64,000 nucleotides of DNA from contig PUPH01000031.1 in the NCBI GenBank assembly GCA_003553085.1, forward strand, positions 3-64,002, in the 5' to 3' direction. A model generated the notes under the pieces. The model did no database searches, was not told the origin of the DNA, and saw only the letters and a list, made by a program, of their open reading frames with translations. Numbering within the stretch: the first letter of the stretch is position 1; each line of letters begins with the position of its first letter. Made by a program: the position numbers and the translations under genes. This document shows, piece by piece, positions 29,072-39,200 of this stretch. Source of the stretch: Thermoplasmata archaeon (GTDB lineage: Archaea; Thermoplasmatota; Thermoplasmata; Halarchaeoplasmatales; Halarchaeoplasmataceae).

Positions 29072-31618
29072 TCACCAGACTTCTTCATCATCGGATTCCG
29101 AATCCTCTTCGATGGAGACTTCCTCATCATCCAACGGTGGAGTTTCAGCCCAGGATCTCTGGTCTTCAGGTGATTCCTCAGGTATCTCGGGTACCTCTTC
29201 CTCCTTGGCAGGTTTTTCCGACTTCCTTGCCATGGCGATCATGGCCACTATCAATGCGATGATCACTATGATAGCTATCAATAGTACCTCAAAGAGTGGA
29301 GATTCCATCCCGAATATTCCAGTGGTTTCTTCCTCTTCCTCTGTTTCTTGTGTCCTGATGGTTATCGGATAATCTACTTCCCACATCTCTCCATCAGAAT
29401 CCATAGTCTGTATTGAGATGGTTTCTTGGTATGGTTCGCCAAGCTGCATGTGCTGAGAGGATACCATGCTGAACGAAACCGTTACACTCTCACCAGGGGC
29501 AAGTTCTCCGACATACAGAGTCCATATGTGTGGTCGTGGAGCGGAAAGAGCTCCTTCGAAATAGAAGTGCAGGTCAACTAGATCCTCTGCAGAATCTATC
29601 CCCAAACTCTCTAAAGTCACTTCCTCTGAAACATTCTTGGACTCATGTATCAATCCGAAATCCTCTACGTCTGTGCTAGAGGATATAGCTTTGATGAACC
29701 CGTGCAGAACATCCCAGTTCTCATTGTCGTAGAGTTCTGGAATCATGCTTACCCAGGTGTCTCTAGCAGTATCGTCGCCGTGGTTGGATATCGTGTAGTT
29801 CAGTGTGAATATTTCACCGGGCTCGATCAGATTATCTTCTAGTTCTCCTTCCACAACGAGTCTTGGACCCATACCTCTTAGTTCACCTGTAACAGGGATC
29901 TGAAAACCAGAGAGCTCCTCGTTTGTATCAACATTCACAGCTCTTGTTACATTAATGTAGGAAACATAAGCGTGGGCTCCTTCGTTCAACCTTTGTTGTA
30001 CGTAAGCAGAGTTTATGTCCACATTGAAGTAAACATCTACAGAATCCTCCGCTGCCAGATAATCTCCAGAAATGGGGTCCATCTCTACATGATCCAATGA
30101 TGGGTCAACGGGATTGAGGAACGGTGTGTTCTCTCCGACCTCAAGCTCTACGATCAGATCTTTGAAATCAACCAGTTCATGATTAGTTAGTGTCACTTCT
30201 AGTTGAACATAGGTGATATCGCCCAATAGTGCTACCTGTTCCGAAGTCGCAGTCATATGGATAGCCACTGAAGAAACCTGTAAGAATCCATACGGTCCTC
30301 TCCAAGGACTCTCGAGCTCTGTATCCCCTGCACCTGGATTATACATGTGATCATCTTCTTCGACCTCGTATAATATCGCCCGGTTGGGGCTCACTGTCTG
30401 ATCCCAGTCAGCACCGACATGGATATATCTTGTGGCTTCGCCGGTTGAACCGTCATTATAGTACCAACCATCCCATCTGAACATCATCTTATGAAGACCG
30501 TCTTGAAGGTAACGATGTAGTCCGATGGTGATCTCCATGGTCTCGGTATCTCCAACGGATAAGTCTCCAAGTGGGACTGCCACATACCTCACATCTTCAC
30601 CATACTCATAATGATCCACGGTCTGTACGAAGAAGTCGTCATCTGTAATCAGACCGATGTGAACATCGCTTAAGTCTACGTTACCGGTGTTTTCGAAGTC
30701 AACTTCGAATGTCACCTCTGTATCACCTTGTTCGATGGTAACTTGGTCCTCGATATCCGCCTCGATCCTTGGAGTGAACTCGACTACTACATCGACTACA
30801 CCTACCTCTGTGATCTCTACACCGTCCCTGGTGCCAACCAGTTCATAATCTAAGGTATAGATGCCAGGATCTACGTTAGCAGCAACATCTACGCGGAAGT
30901 ATGCGGTCGTGGTCTCTCCATCCGGCAGATCACCTGGGATATATGCGGTCGAATCAAGGATTGAAACACCTGCTGGTGCACCGCTCAATTCGAGATATAT
31001 ATCCTGAACTGCCTCATCACCTATATTTTCTACGTCCACCTCCAACTCCTGGAAGTGTTCTCCAGCCCATAAGGTTGTATCGATATCTAAAACGTTAGTG
31101 TTTTCCCAGATTTCAAAGGTGAGCCATGTTTCCAATGTCCCATCTTGAGTTACGTTCTCATCGTCAACGTATACATAGTGTACCTCTATATCCATAACGT
31201 ATTCTCCGGGTGTAGCATCAGGGTTTGCGTGGAACTCGAAGGGGCCGAATGAATAAAATTGGTCTCCATCAGGTTCGCTCATGTCAGTTCCATTCTCACC
31301 GGGGATGTGTATGTTGTTTACCCATGTGATCTCTCCAAGGTTGTTACCTGGATCGACTTCCACCCAAACATCGGTAACATTGCTTTCAGTTCCATCTCCA
31401 TACAAGAGAGATTCCACTTGCAATTCAAAGGCTATATTTTGTTCGCCTACGTAGCAGTCCAGATCGCCCACGATATTCACGATTTCAACAAAATCGTCTT
31501 CCGGGTCTGGGGCGAGTTCACCGGCTTCAACAGGTGTATAAAATACACCAATTATTGATAGCAGCAGTGCTGTTGCCACAAATATACTTATTAGTCTATT
31601 CATTTTTTTGCATTTCAT
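29072..31618 (-). CDS. Cell-surface (S-layer-like) protein with CARDB-like repeats, a C-terminal TM helix and a 60-aa acidic cytoplasmic tail
   Basis: Signal peptide. Repeated N(I/T)G...V.L patterns (NIGDEAVQDIYLEL, FENTGNVDLSDVHIGL, ISNHGDDTARDTWVSM). TM segment LFEVLLIAIIVIIALIVAMIAM. Strong GGAGGA SD. Confidence 0.6.
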   Translation of the reverse strand: MKCKKMNRLISIFVATALLLSIIGVFYTPVEAGELAPDPEDDFVEIVNIVGDLDCYVGEQNIAFELQVESLLYGDGTESNVTDVWVEVDPGNNLGEITWVNNIHIPGENGTDMSEPDGDQFYSFGPFEFHANPDATPGEYVMDIEVHYVYVDDENVTQDGTLETWLTFEIWENTNVLDIDTTLWAGEHFQELEVDVENIGDEAVQDIYLELSGAPAGVSILDSTAYIPGDLPDGETTTAYFRVDVAANVDPGIYTLDYELVGTRDGVEITEVGVVDVVVEFTPRIEADIEDQVTIEQGDTEVTFEVDFENTGNVDLSDVHIGLITDDDFFVQTVDHYEYGEDVRYVAVPLGDLSVGDTETMEITIGLHRYLQDGLHKMMFRWDGWYYNDGSTGEATRYIHVGADWDQTVSPNRAILYEVEEDDHMYNPGAGDTELESPWRGPYGFLQVSSVAIHMTATSEQVALLGDITYVQLEVTLTNHELVDFKDLIVELEVGENTPFLNPVDPSLDHVEMDPISGDYLAAEDSVDVYFNVDINSAYVQQRLNEGAHAYVSYINVTRAVNVDTNEELSGFQIPVTGELRGMGPRLVVEGELEDNLIEPGEIFTLNYTISNHGDDTARDTWVSMIPELYDNENWDVLHGFIKAISSSTDVEDFGLIHESKNVSEEVTLESLGIDSAEDLVDLHFYFEGALSAPRPHIWTLYVGELAPGESVTVSFSMVSSQHMQLGEPYQETISIQTMDSDGEMWEVDYPITIRTQETEEEEETTGIFGMESPLFEVLLIAIIVIIALIVAMIAMARKSEKPAKEEEVPEIPEESPEDQRSWAETPPLDDEEVSIEEDSESDDEEVW

Positions 31619-31741
31619 CTTTTATTCCTCCTTATAGGAATATTTTAAGTTATAGGGTTATGCATCATATATTATATTTTTGGTATGTTAATGAAATGAA
31701 CCGAAAGTGGTTTAACGTTCACTTCGATTTAGTCTACCAAT

Positions 31742-32161
31742 ATGTCAGTCGAAGAGATAGTATTCAGAGTAAAGACCTCGAAAGAGCTGGATATCAAAGA
31801 CATCACACCACATGTGAAAGAAGCGGTGAGCAAAACCGGAATAAAGGAGGGTATAGTTCTAGTCTTCGTTCCAGGGTCAACCGGTGCCATAACGACCATC
31901 GAGTACGAACCCGGACTATTGGAAGATTTCCCAAGAGCATTGGAGAAACTCTTTCCAAAGGACATAAGATACGAACACCACGAGAGATGGCACGATGGAA
32001 ATGGTCATTCACATGTTCGTGCTTCATTCATAGGACCTAGTCTTATGATACCGCTATCTGGCGGATCCCTCACATTGGGTACATGGCAGCAGATAATCCT
32101 ATGCGATATGGATGTCCCCGCTAGAGAGCGAGAGATAATCGTTAAAATCGTGGGTGAATAG
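31742..32161 (+). CDS. YjbQ/UPF0047 family protein (secondary thiamine-phosphate synthase-like)
   Basis: Family signature FVPGSTGAITTIEYEPGL and HDGNGHSHVRASFIGPS. Confidence 0.8.
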   Translation: MSVEEIVFRVKTSKELDIKDITPHVKEAVSKTGIKEGIVLVFVPGSTGAITTIEYEPGLLEDFPRALEKLFPKDIRYEHHERWHDGNGHSHVRASFIGPSLMIPLSGGSLTLGTWQQIILCDMDVPAREREIIVKIVGE

Positions 32162-32162
32162 C

Positions 32163-33119
32163 TCACTGTCTTTTCGCTTCCAGTGCGAAATGAGCAAGTA
32201 GAGACTCCAGCTGTATACGTTCGTTGGAACCCTGAACCATACGATACTCCGCCTCGCCGATCTTCTCCACCAACTTCATCCTCTTCCAATTGTCCATCGG
32301 AACGTTATAGATGCTTTTATGGATCTGTTTGATGATGTCTCCTCCCGATAGACCGTTCTCGATCAAAAGGTTATCCAATTTGTTACGTACGACCATGAAC
32401 TCTTCTTTCATAGCGGATACTATCAATTCCTCGACATCCTTCGGTCTCGCTATATTTGCACTGCGTCTGACGATCTCAGCGGTGATCCGGGTGGTTGTAG
32501 ATGCGGATATCTGGAGTAGATTGGTAGCTCTCCTCAGATCGCCTTCGGACAATCTGACTAACATCTGCATAGCATCCTCGGATATCTCCAGATCTTCTTC
32601 ATCTGCGATGTGCTCTATCCACTTTCTGACGTCTTCATCGTTTATGTGTCTGAACCTGAAAACAGCACACCTAGATTGTATCGGGTCTATGATCTTAGAG
32701 GAATAGTTACAAGATAGGATAAAACGGCAGTTATTGGAGTACTTCTCCATGGTCCTCCGAAGGGCGGCTTGTGCTTCTGATGTGAGAGAATCTGCCTCAT
32801 CCATGAAGATTATCTTGAACCCGCGTTGACTGATGGCGGTTGTACGGGCATATTCCTTTATCTTATTTCTGATCACATCTATGCCTCGTTCATCGCTGGC
32901 GTTGAGTTCAAAGAAAGCGGCGCTCCATTGATCCCCGTACATCTCCTTGGACAGGGCTATCGCTGATGTGGTCTTCCCAGTTCCAGCGGGACCTGCAAAG
33001 AGTAGATGGGGAAGGGTTCCTTTTTCAACGTATGCCTGTAAACGTTCGATAACCCTCTGTTGACCGTAAACATCACTCAGCCTGTCAGGCCTGTACTTCT
33101 CCGTCCAAATCTTTTCCAT
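32163..33119 (-). CDS. rfcS: Replication factor C small subunit
   Basis: WTEKYRP, Walker A GPAGTGKTT, DEAD-like DEADSLT, and the SRC motif in IQSRCAVFRF. Confidence 0.9.
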   Translation of the reverse strand: MEKIWTEKYRPDRLSDVYGQQRVIERLQAYVEKGTLPHLLFAGPAGTGKTTSAIALSKEMYGDQWSAAFFELNASDERGIDVIRNKIKEYARTTAISQRGFKIIFMDEADSLTSEAQAALRRTMEKYSNNCRFILSCNYSSKIIDPIQSRCAVFRFRHINDEDVRKWIEHIADEEDLEISEDAMQMLVRLSEGDLRRATNLLQISASTTTRITAEIVRRSANIARPKDVEELIVSAMKEEFMVVRNKLDNLLIENGLSGGDIIKQIHKSIYNVPMDNWKRMKLVEKIGEAEYRMVQGSNERIQLESLLAHFALEAKRQ

Positions 33120-33218
33120 CTAAGAACCGCACGTTGGAAGCCGTAATATATTTTTCGTCCGAAAATGGGTGGTTCGGAACTAAAAACTAAAATAACATGA
33201 GTTAAATGTTGGTACCGT

Positions 33219-33413
33219 ATGGTAAAAGAAGATGCTGATGAACTGGTTGAAAAATACACTCGCGAGGATCTTAACAGACTTGCTCTTAACTTAGGTGTTA
33301 CTGGACCGGAGAAACTACCCAACAAAAAAACAGTAGCACTGGAGATAGTAAAGGCTCGTAAAACAAGAGAATACATTAGAAAACCCGTAGGATTATACCT
33401 CGGTGAAGATTGA
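33219..33413 (+). CDS. Small SAP/HeH-like protein (64 aa)
   Basis: The helix-extension-helix pattern EDLNRLALNLGVTGPEKLPNKKTVALEIV resembles SAP/Rho-N motifs. Confidence 0.35.
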   Translation: MVKEDADELVEKYTREDLNRLALNLGVTGPEKLPNKKTVALEIVKARKTREYIRKPVGLYLGED

Positions 33414-33430
33414 TGATCAGGTTATGAACC

Positions 33431-34987
33431 ATGTTCCCCGGTTTATTCAGAAAAGGACCAAAACGAGCTAGCAAAGTCGAAGAACAGAAGCTAATAGAGA
33501 TGGGGCAGAAGTTGAAGAAGGACCCATCCGTAGTCATACCTCGGTGTGAAGATAACTGCTTACTATGTAAGTTCGGTAAAGAAAAGAGATGGATGAAAAA
33601 ACTCGAAGCATCCAAGGAAGATAAAAATAAGCTCGAAAAATACTCGAAAAAAGGTCCCGACCTCACCAAAGCAGTAGCGGCTACGATGCTGCTGGCCCAC
33701 GAAAAAAAAGCTAAAGTATTGGCCACGGCATCCATACCAGGAGGTAAGATATCTTATGCGAAAAAAGGAAATGCCGGTGCAAAATACCTGGTAGGGGTCC
33801 AATACTTCGACGATCCATTCCTCAGACTCATGGCATATCATGAATACTCACAGAAAGGATACTACATATATTCTTGGAAAGATAATATAGTCTGTACCGG
33901 GAAGGATGATAAACCCCCCAAAGGATACATCAAAGACAGGCTCGGTTCCACACCATACGATCTCAGAAGTAAGGGGAAAAAATTCTCATGCCCACATGAT
34001 CATGAAGAAAATTCATCATTCACATTAAGATGGATAACACCAGAGTGTTCTATCAAGATATGTGAGAGATGTGCTTCTAAAGGGTCAAACATGTTCATAC
34101 ATCTCAGTGAAGGGATAGCATCTCCGGAGAACAAAAACATGTTCGACCTTTCAGGTGAATACCGGATGAGATGTGAATCAGATTGTGATACCTGTATCGC
34201 CGCCGGTGACACTTCTTTGAAGAAGGAAGTCAAAGAAGAGTTCTTTAAAGGATCTATCTCAGATAGAGATCTGATAGAGAAGATCATCGAAGATAAACGT
34301 AAGATCCTGAAAAATAGAAAACACATCTTCGCCGTGGGAGAAAGGTGCTTTGGTAAAGACGCCGATGCATTCCTAGAGTCTTTGAGATATGAGAGTTGGG
34401 AACAAGATGTTCTTAAAAAGACCATAGAATTGACAGGACCGGTGATGCTTGAACAGGGTACTGTGAACGAGCTCTTGGAACTCGGATGGAAGGAAGATCC
34501 CTATGAAATCTTAAAAGTTCTTCTCGATGATGAAGATCGTATCGGAGAGTTGGTGGAAGATAGTGATAAAAAGATACCCAGAGATATCGTAAGAGAAGCA
34601 AATAAAAGGAAGACTGAACTCGATGAATTATCCGCTTTACCCAACTTTTCCAAGCTACCGCCCCGGGCGAAATTGGCACACGAGCTGTCTCTGGCCTACA
34701 AGACCGGTGGTGCAGAACAGGCCATCAACTACCTAAAAGGTGTCAATCCCAGGGAAACACGGATGAAATCCATAGCATACAGTTTCCTCGTGGCCATCGG
34801 AAGAGCGGAATCACACAGGTGGAAGTATGCTGACAACGAAGTGGAAACAGGAGAATTCTTATCTACTTACTTCAAAAAACTGATAGATAGTTCGGGCGAA
34901 GAGTACGCAAAAACACTACAGGAGTTGTTGAAGATGAGCGGTTCGACTGAAACCATCGTGTTAGAGGATGGGTCTAAACTCCGTTGA
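33431..34987 (+). CDS. Hypothetical 518-aa Cys-rich protein, no recognisable family
   Basis: Long ORF with coding-like composition. Cys clusters at CEDNCLLCKF, CPHDHEEN...CSIKICERC and CESDCDTC. Confidence 0.5.
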   Translation: MFPGLFRKGPKRASKVEEQKLIEMGQKLKKDPSVVIPRCEDNCLLCKFGKEKRWMKKLEASKEDKNKLEKYSKKGPDLTKAVAATMLLAHEKKAKVLATASIPGGKISYAKKGNAGAKYLVGVQYFDDPFLRLMAYHEYSQKGYYIYSWKDNIVCTGKDDKPPKGYIKDRLGSTPYDLRSKGKKFSCPHDHEENSSFTLRWITPECSIKICERCASKGSNMFIHLSEGIASPENKNMFDLSGEYRMRCESDCDTCIAAGDTSLKKEVKEEFFKGSISDRDLIEKIIEDKRKILKNRKHIFAVGERCFGKDADAFLESLRYESWEQDVLKKTIELTGPVMLEQGTVNELLELGWKEDPYEILKVLLDDEDRIGELVEDSDKKIPRDIVREANKRKTELDELSALPNFSKLPPRAKLAHELSLAYKTGGAEQAINYLKGVNPRETRMKSIAYSFLVAIGRAESHRWKYADNEVETGEFLSTYFKKLIDSSGEEYAKTLQELLKMSGSTETIVLEDGSKLR

Positions 34988-35031
34988 GCATCATAAATGA
35001 TAAATACACTGCATTGTATTTCTCTTAAGAA

Positions 35032-36198
35032 GTGAATTATATGTTGGACCTAAATACAGTCAGGGAAAAACTGGATTACTATGATTTTAGTAAGACAAAG
35101 ATAGGGGTAGTTGCATCACATTCAGCACTCGATGTGTGCGATGGTGCGGTGGACGAGGGTTTTCCTACTCTAGCCATCTGCCAGAAGGGTAGGGAAAAAA
35201 CATATGACCGATATTTCAAAACCATATTCGATGATAAGGGAGATCGTCTTAGAGGTGTGGTGGATGAGACATGGGTGCTGGATAAGTTCGCCGATGTTTT
35301 GAAGGATGAATATCAGAAGAAGTTGATCGAAGAGAACGTGATCTTCGTACCTAACCGTTCTTTTACCTCTTACGCACCGCTAGACAAGATCGAGGATGAG
35401 TTCGTAGTTCCCATGGTGGGCAGCAGGAATCTACTGAGGAGCGAAGAGAGGGAAGAGGAAAAGGATTACTATTGGATATTGGAAAAAGGAGGTTTACCTT
35501 TCCCTGAGAAGATCGACGACCCTGAGGATATCGATAGACTGTGCATAGTGAAGTTAAAACACAAGGTAAAAAGACTCGAAAGAGGGTTCTTCACAGCAGC
35601 GTCATACGAAGAATACCAGGAAAAAGTTGATAATCTTATCAGGAACGACGTGATCACTAAAGAAGATCTCGGCAATGCAAGGATTGAAGAATATATCATC
35701 GGACCGGTATTCAACTTCGACTTCTTCTACAGTCCCTTGAATGCCAAAGGTTCGGAGATAGAATTACTCGGTATAGACTGGAGGTTCGAAACAAGTCTTG
35801 ATGGGCATGTAAGATTACCTGCCCCACAACAGATGACACTGAACGAAGAACAACGGGTTCCGGAGTACACCGTCACCGGACACAACAGCGCTACGCTGAG
35901 GGAATCACAGCTGGAGAAGGTCTTCGAGCTGGCTGAACTATATGTAAAAGCCACCAAAAAGCACTACGACCCCGGAGTCATAGGTCCGTTCTGTCTTCAA
36001 ACCTGTGTTGATAAAGACCTTAATTTCTACATATACGATGTGGCTCCAAGGACCGGTGGAGGTACCAATGTTCATATGAACGTTGGCCATCCATATGGAA
36101 ACACACTATGGGGTAAACGTATGTCCACAGGTAGAAGACTCGCCCTGGAGATAAGAAGGGGGATAGAGATGGACAGACTAAAGGAGATAATCACGTGA
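35032..36198 (+). CDS. purP: 5-formaminoimidazole-4-carboxamide ribonucleotide synthetase (archaeal PurP, ATP-grasp)
   Basis: ASHSALDV...EGFPT...CQKGREKTY at the N-terminus, then IGPFCLQ and GGTNVHMN, as in PurP. Confidence 0.7.
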   Translation: MNYMLDLNTVREKLDYYDFSKTKIGVVASHSALDVCDGAVDEGFPTLAICQKGREKTYDRYFKTIFDDKGDRLRGVVDETWVLDKFADVLKDEYQKKLIEENVIFVPNRSFTSYAPLDKIEDEFVVPMVGSRNLLRSEEREEEKDYYWILEKGGLPFPEKIDDPEDIDRLCIVKLKHKVKRLERGFFTAASYEEYQEKVDNLIRNDVITKEDLGNARIEEYIIGPVFNFDFFYSPLNAKGSEIELLGIDWRFETSLDGHVRLPAPQQMTLNEEQRVPEYTVTGHNSATLRESQLEKVFELAELYVKATKKHYDPGVIGPFCLQTCVDKDLNFYIYDVAPRTGGGTNVHMNVGHPYGNTLWGKRMSTGRRLALEIRRGIEMDRLKEIIT

Positions 36199-36235
36199 AG
36201 ATGAAATCGTATATGAATTACTGGAGGATCTGAAT

Positions 36236-39200
36236 ATGGGTTTCTTAGACTCTATAGATAATTTACTGGATAAGGAAAAAAGAGTGTTGAATAAAGCACA
36301 AAAATACCTTGATAAATCTGAAGAACAACGCCAGGAAGGCGATATCTCAAAGGCGAAGGAACTGTGTGATAGAACATGGGATCTTCTCAAAAAGCACGAA
36401 GAAAACTTCTCAGAACAGCAGGAAGAGGTGTCTAAAGCTTTCGATCGATTAGGATGGCTGTACTACCATCTGGGCTACGAAGATCATGCACTTCACTCAG
36501 AAGACCAAGCCATCAGATATGATAATAACAACATCGAAGCTTTGAACCACAAAGCGTTGATCTTGACTCAGAAGGGGAGTCCTAGTAAAGGGTTGAAGTT
36601 GTTATCCCGAGCGCTTGAGATAGATCGCAAAAATAAGTATTCGTTGATAAATCGTGGAGACATCCTCACAAAGATGGGGAGGAAAGAAGAAGCGGTCAGG
36701 ACTTATGAAAAAGCTCTAGAAGTGGATGAAGACGATATATCCGTTTACGATAAGATACTCGAAATTGAACCAAGGAACGGTGAGATCTGGGCAAAAAGAG
36801 GGCTCGCCCTGAAAAGAGGAGGTAATTACGAGAAGGCCATTGAATCCTTCAACAAATCCCTCGAAATCAACCCAAATCAAGAAAAGATATGGCTGTATAA
36901 AGGTCTCACCTTAAGAGATATGGAAAAATTGAACGATGCAGTGGTTTGCTTCGATAACGGGCTGGAGATAAACCCGGATAATAAAGACCTTTGGAGCGCT
37001 AAAGGGACCACTCTACACCTATTGAAAAGGGACGAAGACGCATTGGAGGCTTTCAGCAGAGCTCTAGAGATAGATTCTGAAGACAAGGACCTCTGGAATC
37101 GAAAGGGGACCATATTGTATGAGATGGAACGTCACATAGAGGCAGTAGAAGCCTTCGACAAAGGTATCGCTATAGACCCCAGCGACGTGAGACTACTCAA
37201 CAACAAAAAGGAAGCTTTGAAGCCACTCGGTAGATACGAAGAGCTGATCAGAGTTTGTGATAGGATCCTTGAAAAGAATCCCTCCGATGCTGGAAGTCTG
37301 TATGATAAAGGTGTAGCTCTCCACAAGTTGGGAAAACCGGAAGAAGCTATAGCACAGCTGGAAGAAGCCCTGTCATATAATCCCAAAGACATCTACGCCC
37401 TGGAGAGGGAGAAGAAGATATACAAAGAACAGCAGGACTGGGAAAACGTTGTCCGTACTGCTGACCGTATCCTAGAATTTGAGCCCAACAACTGGGAGGC
37501 TTGCTATGATAAGGGTACATCATTGCTAAAGTTGAACAATCCACAAGGGGCGTTAGAAAGCTTTGAAGAAACCCTCAGGATAAAGGATAACGACCTAGAT
37601 GCTCTTGTGGGTAAGAAGGAAGCATTGAAATCACTGGGAAATTACGAAGAAGTGGTCTTCGTGTGTGATAGGATAATATCCATGGATCCTGACAACATAG
37701 AGGCTTACTTCGATAGGGCAAAATCACACGAAAAGCTGAGAGAATACGATAGAGCCATCCGAGATTATCGTAAGGGCCTTTCTTACGATCCTTCCAACGA
37801 TGAAGCATGGAACGACAAGGGTCTCTGCGAATATCGTTTGAAACGATATGAGGAGGCGCTAGAGAGTTTCGATAAAGCGATAGGTATCAATTCAGATGAT
37901 AAAAAATACTGGAACAATAAAGCTCACTGTTTGGTCAAATTGGAAAGGTACGAAGAGGCGATCAAATCCTACGATAAAGCTCTAGAGATCGACGTCAGCG
38001 ACGATAGGATATGGTACAGCAAAGGATTGGCCCTTGAGGGACTGAATCGATATGAAGAAGCCATCATATCATACGACAAGGCTTTGGAGATCGATGATGA
38101 AAACGCAAGAGTACTCTACAGTAAGGCGATAGCGTTGGAATGGTTGGACAGATACGAGGAGGCGGTGGAAGCCTTCGATAAATCATTGAAGATCAAACCT
38201 AACAACCGCTTCGCATACATCCGTAAAGGACTAGCCCTGGCCAACCTCGGCCGTCATGAAGATGCCGTTCAAGCCTACGATAGAGCTCTGGATATGCAAA
38301 GTCAGGACATCAAGTTATTGGAGAAAAAGAAAGACTCTTTGATAACCCTAACACGATGGAGCGATATCATAGAAACGTGCGATAGGATACTGGATATAGA
38401 TTCCAATAATCTACAAGCATGGAGGGATAAAGGCGAGGCTTTAAAAAAGCTAGGAGAGCCTCAAAGTGCTTTAGATTGTTTCGAAAGGGCATTGTCCATA
38501 CAAGAATCGGTTGTAGATCTGGTTAAGGCAAAGGATCTTCTAAAAGAGCTGAACATGCCCGAAGAAGTGGTTGAACACTGTGAACGTATAATCGAAGATG
38601 ATCCGGAAAATATCGAGGCATGGCAAGATAAGGCCATGGCCTTGAAGTTGCTCAAGAGAAGAGAGGAGGCACTAGAGGCTTTCGATGAGGCGCTAGACCT
38701 GGATCCCGATAACAAGAAGATGTGGCTGCACAGGGGCATGGTGTTCGAACACCTGGAACAATATGAAAACGCCATAAGATCTTACAATGAAGCCCAAGAA
38801 TTAGATCCTACCGATGTGATACCCATCGCACGTAAGGCAGAGTGTCTACGTAAGATGGAAAGATATTCAGAGGCCTCAGAATGGTTCGATAAAGCCATGG
38901 ATCTTGAACCCGAAAATACCCTATACATCAACCGGAAAGGAAGATGTTTGATAGAGATCGGAGAACTGGAGGAGGCTGATGAACTGTTCGAGAGATCATT
39001 GAACATAGACGACCAGAATGGCACCACCTGGAAATACAAAGGAATCCTCGCTGAAAAGTTGGAAAAATACGAGGAAGCGATCAGTGCCTTGGATACCGCT
39101 GTTAAACTAGGGATCGACGATAGTGAGGTATGGATAACCAAGGCTGAATGTTACGATTACCTCGGAAGGAAAAGGGATGCCATCGATACTTATGATAAGG

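Noticed and set aside
31534-32040. 168-aa plus-strand ORF overlapping yjbQ in another frame
   Set aside because: yjbQ (31742-32161) has a strong family signature. The overlapping frame has an odd composition and starts inside the divergent promoter.
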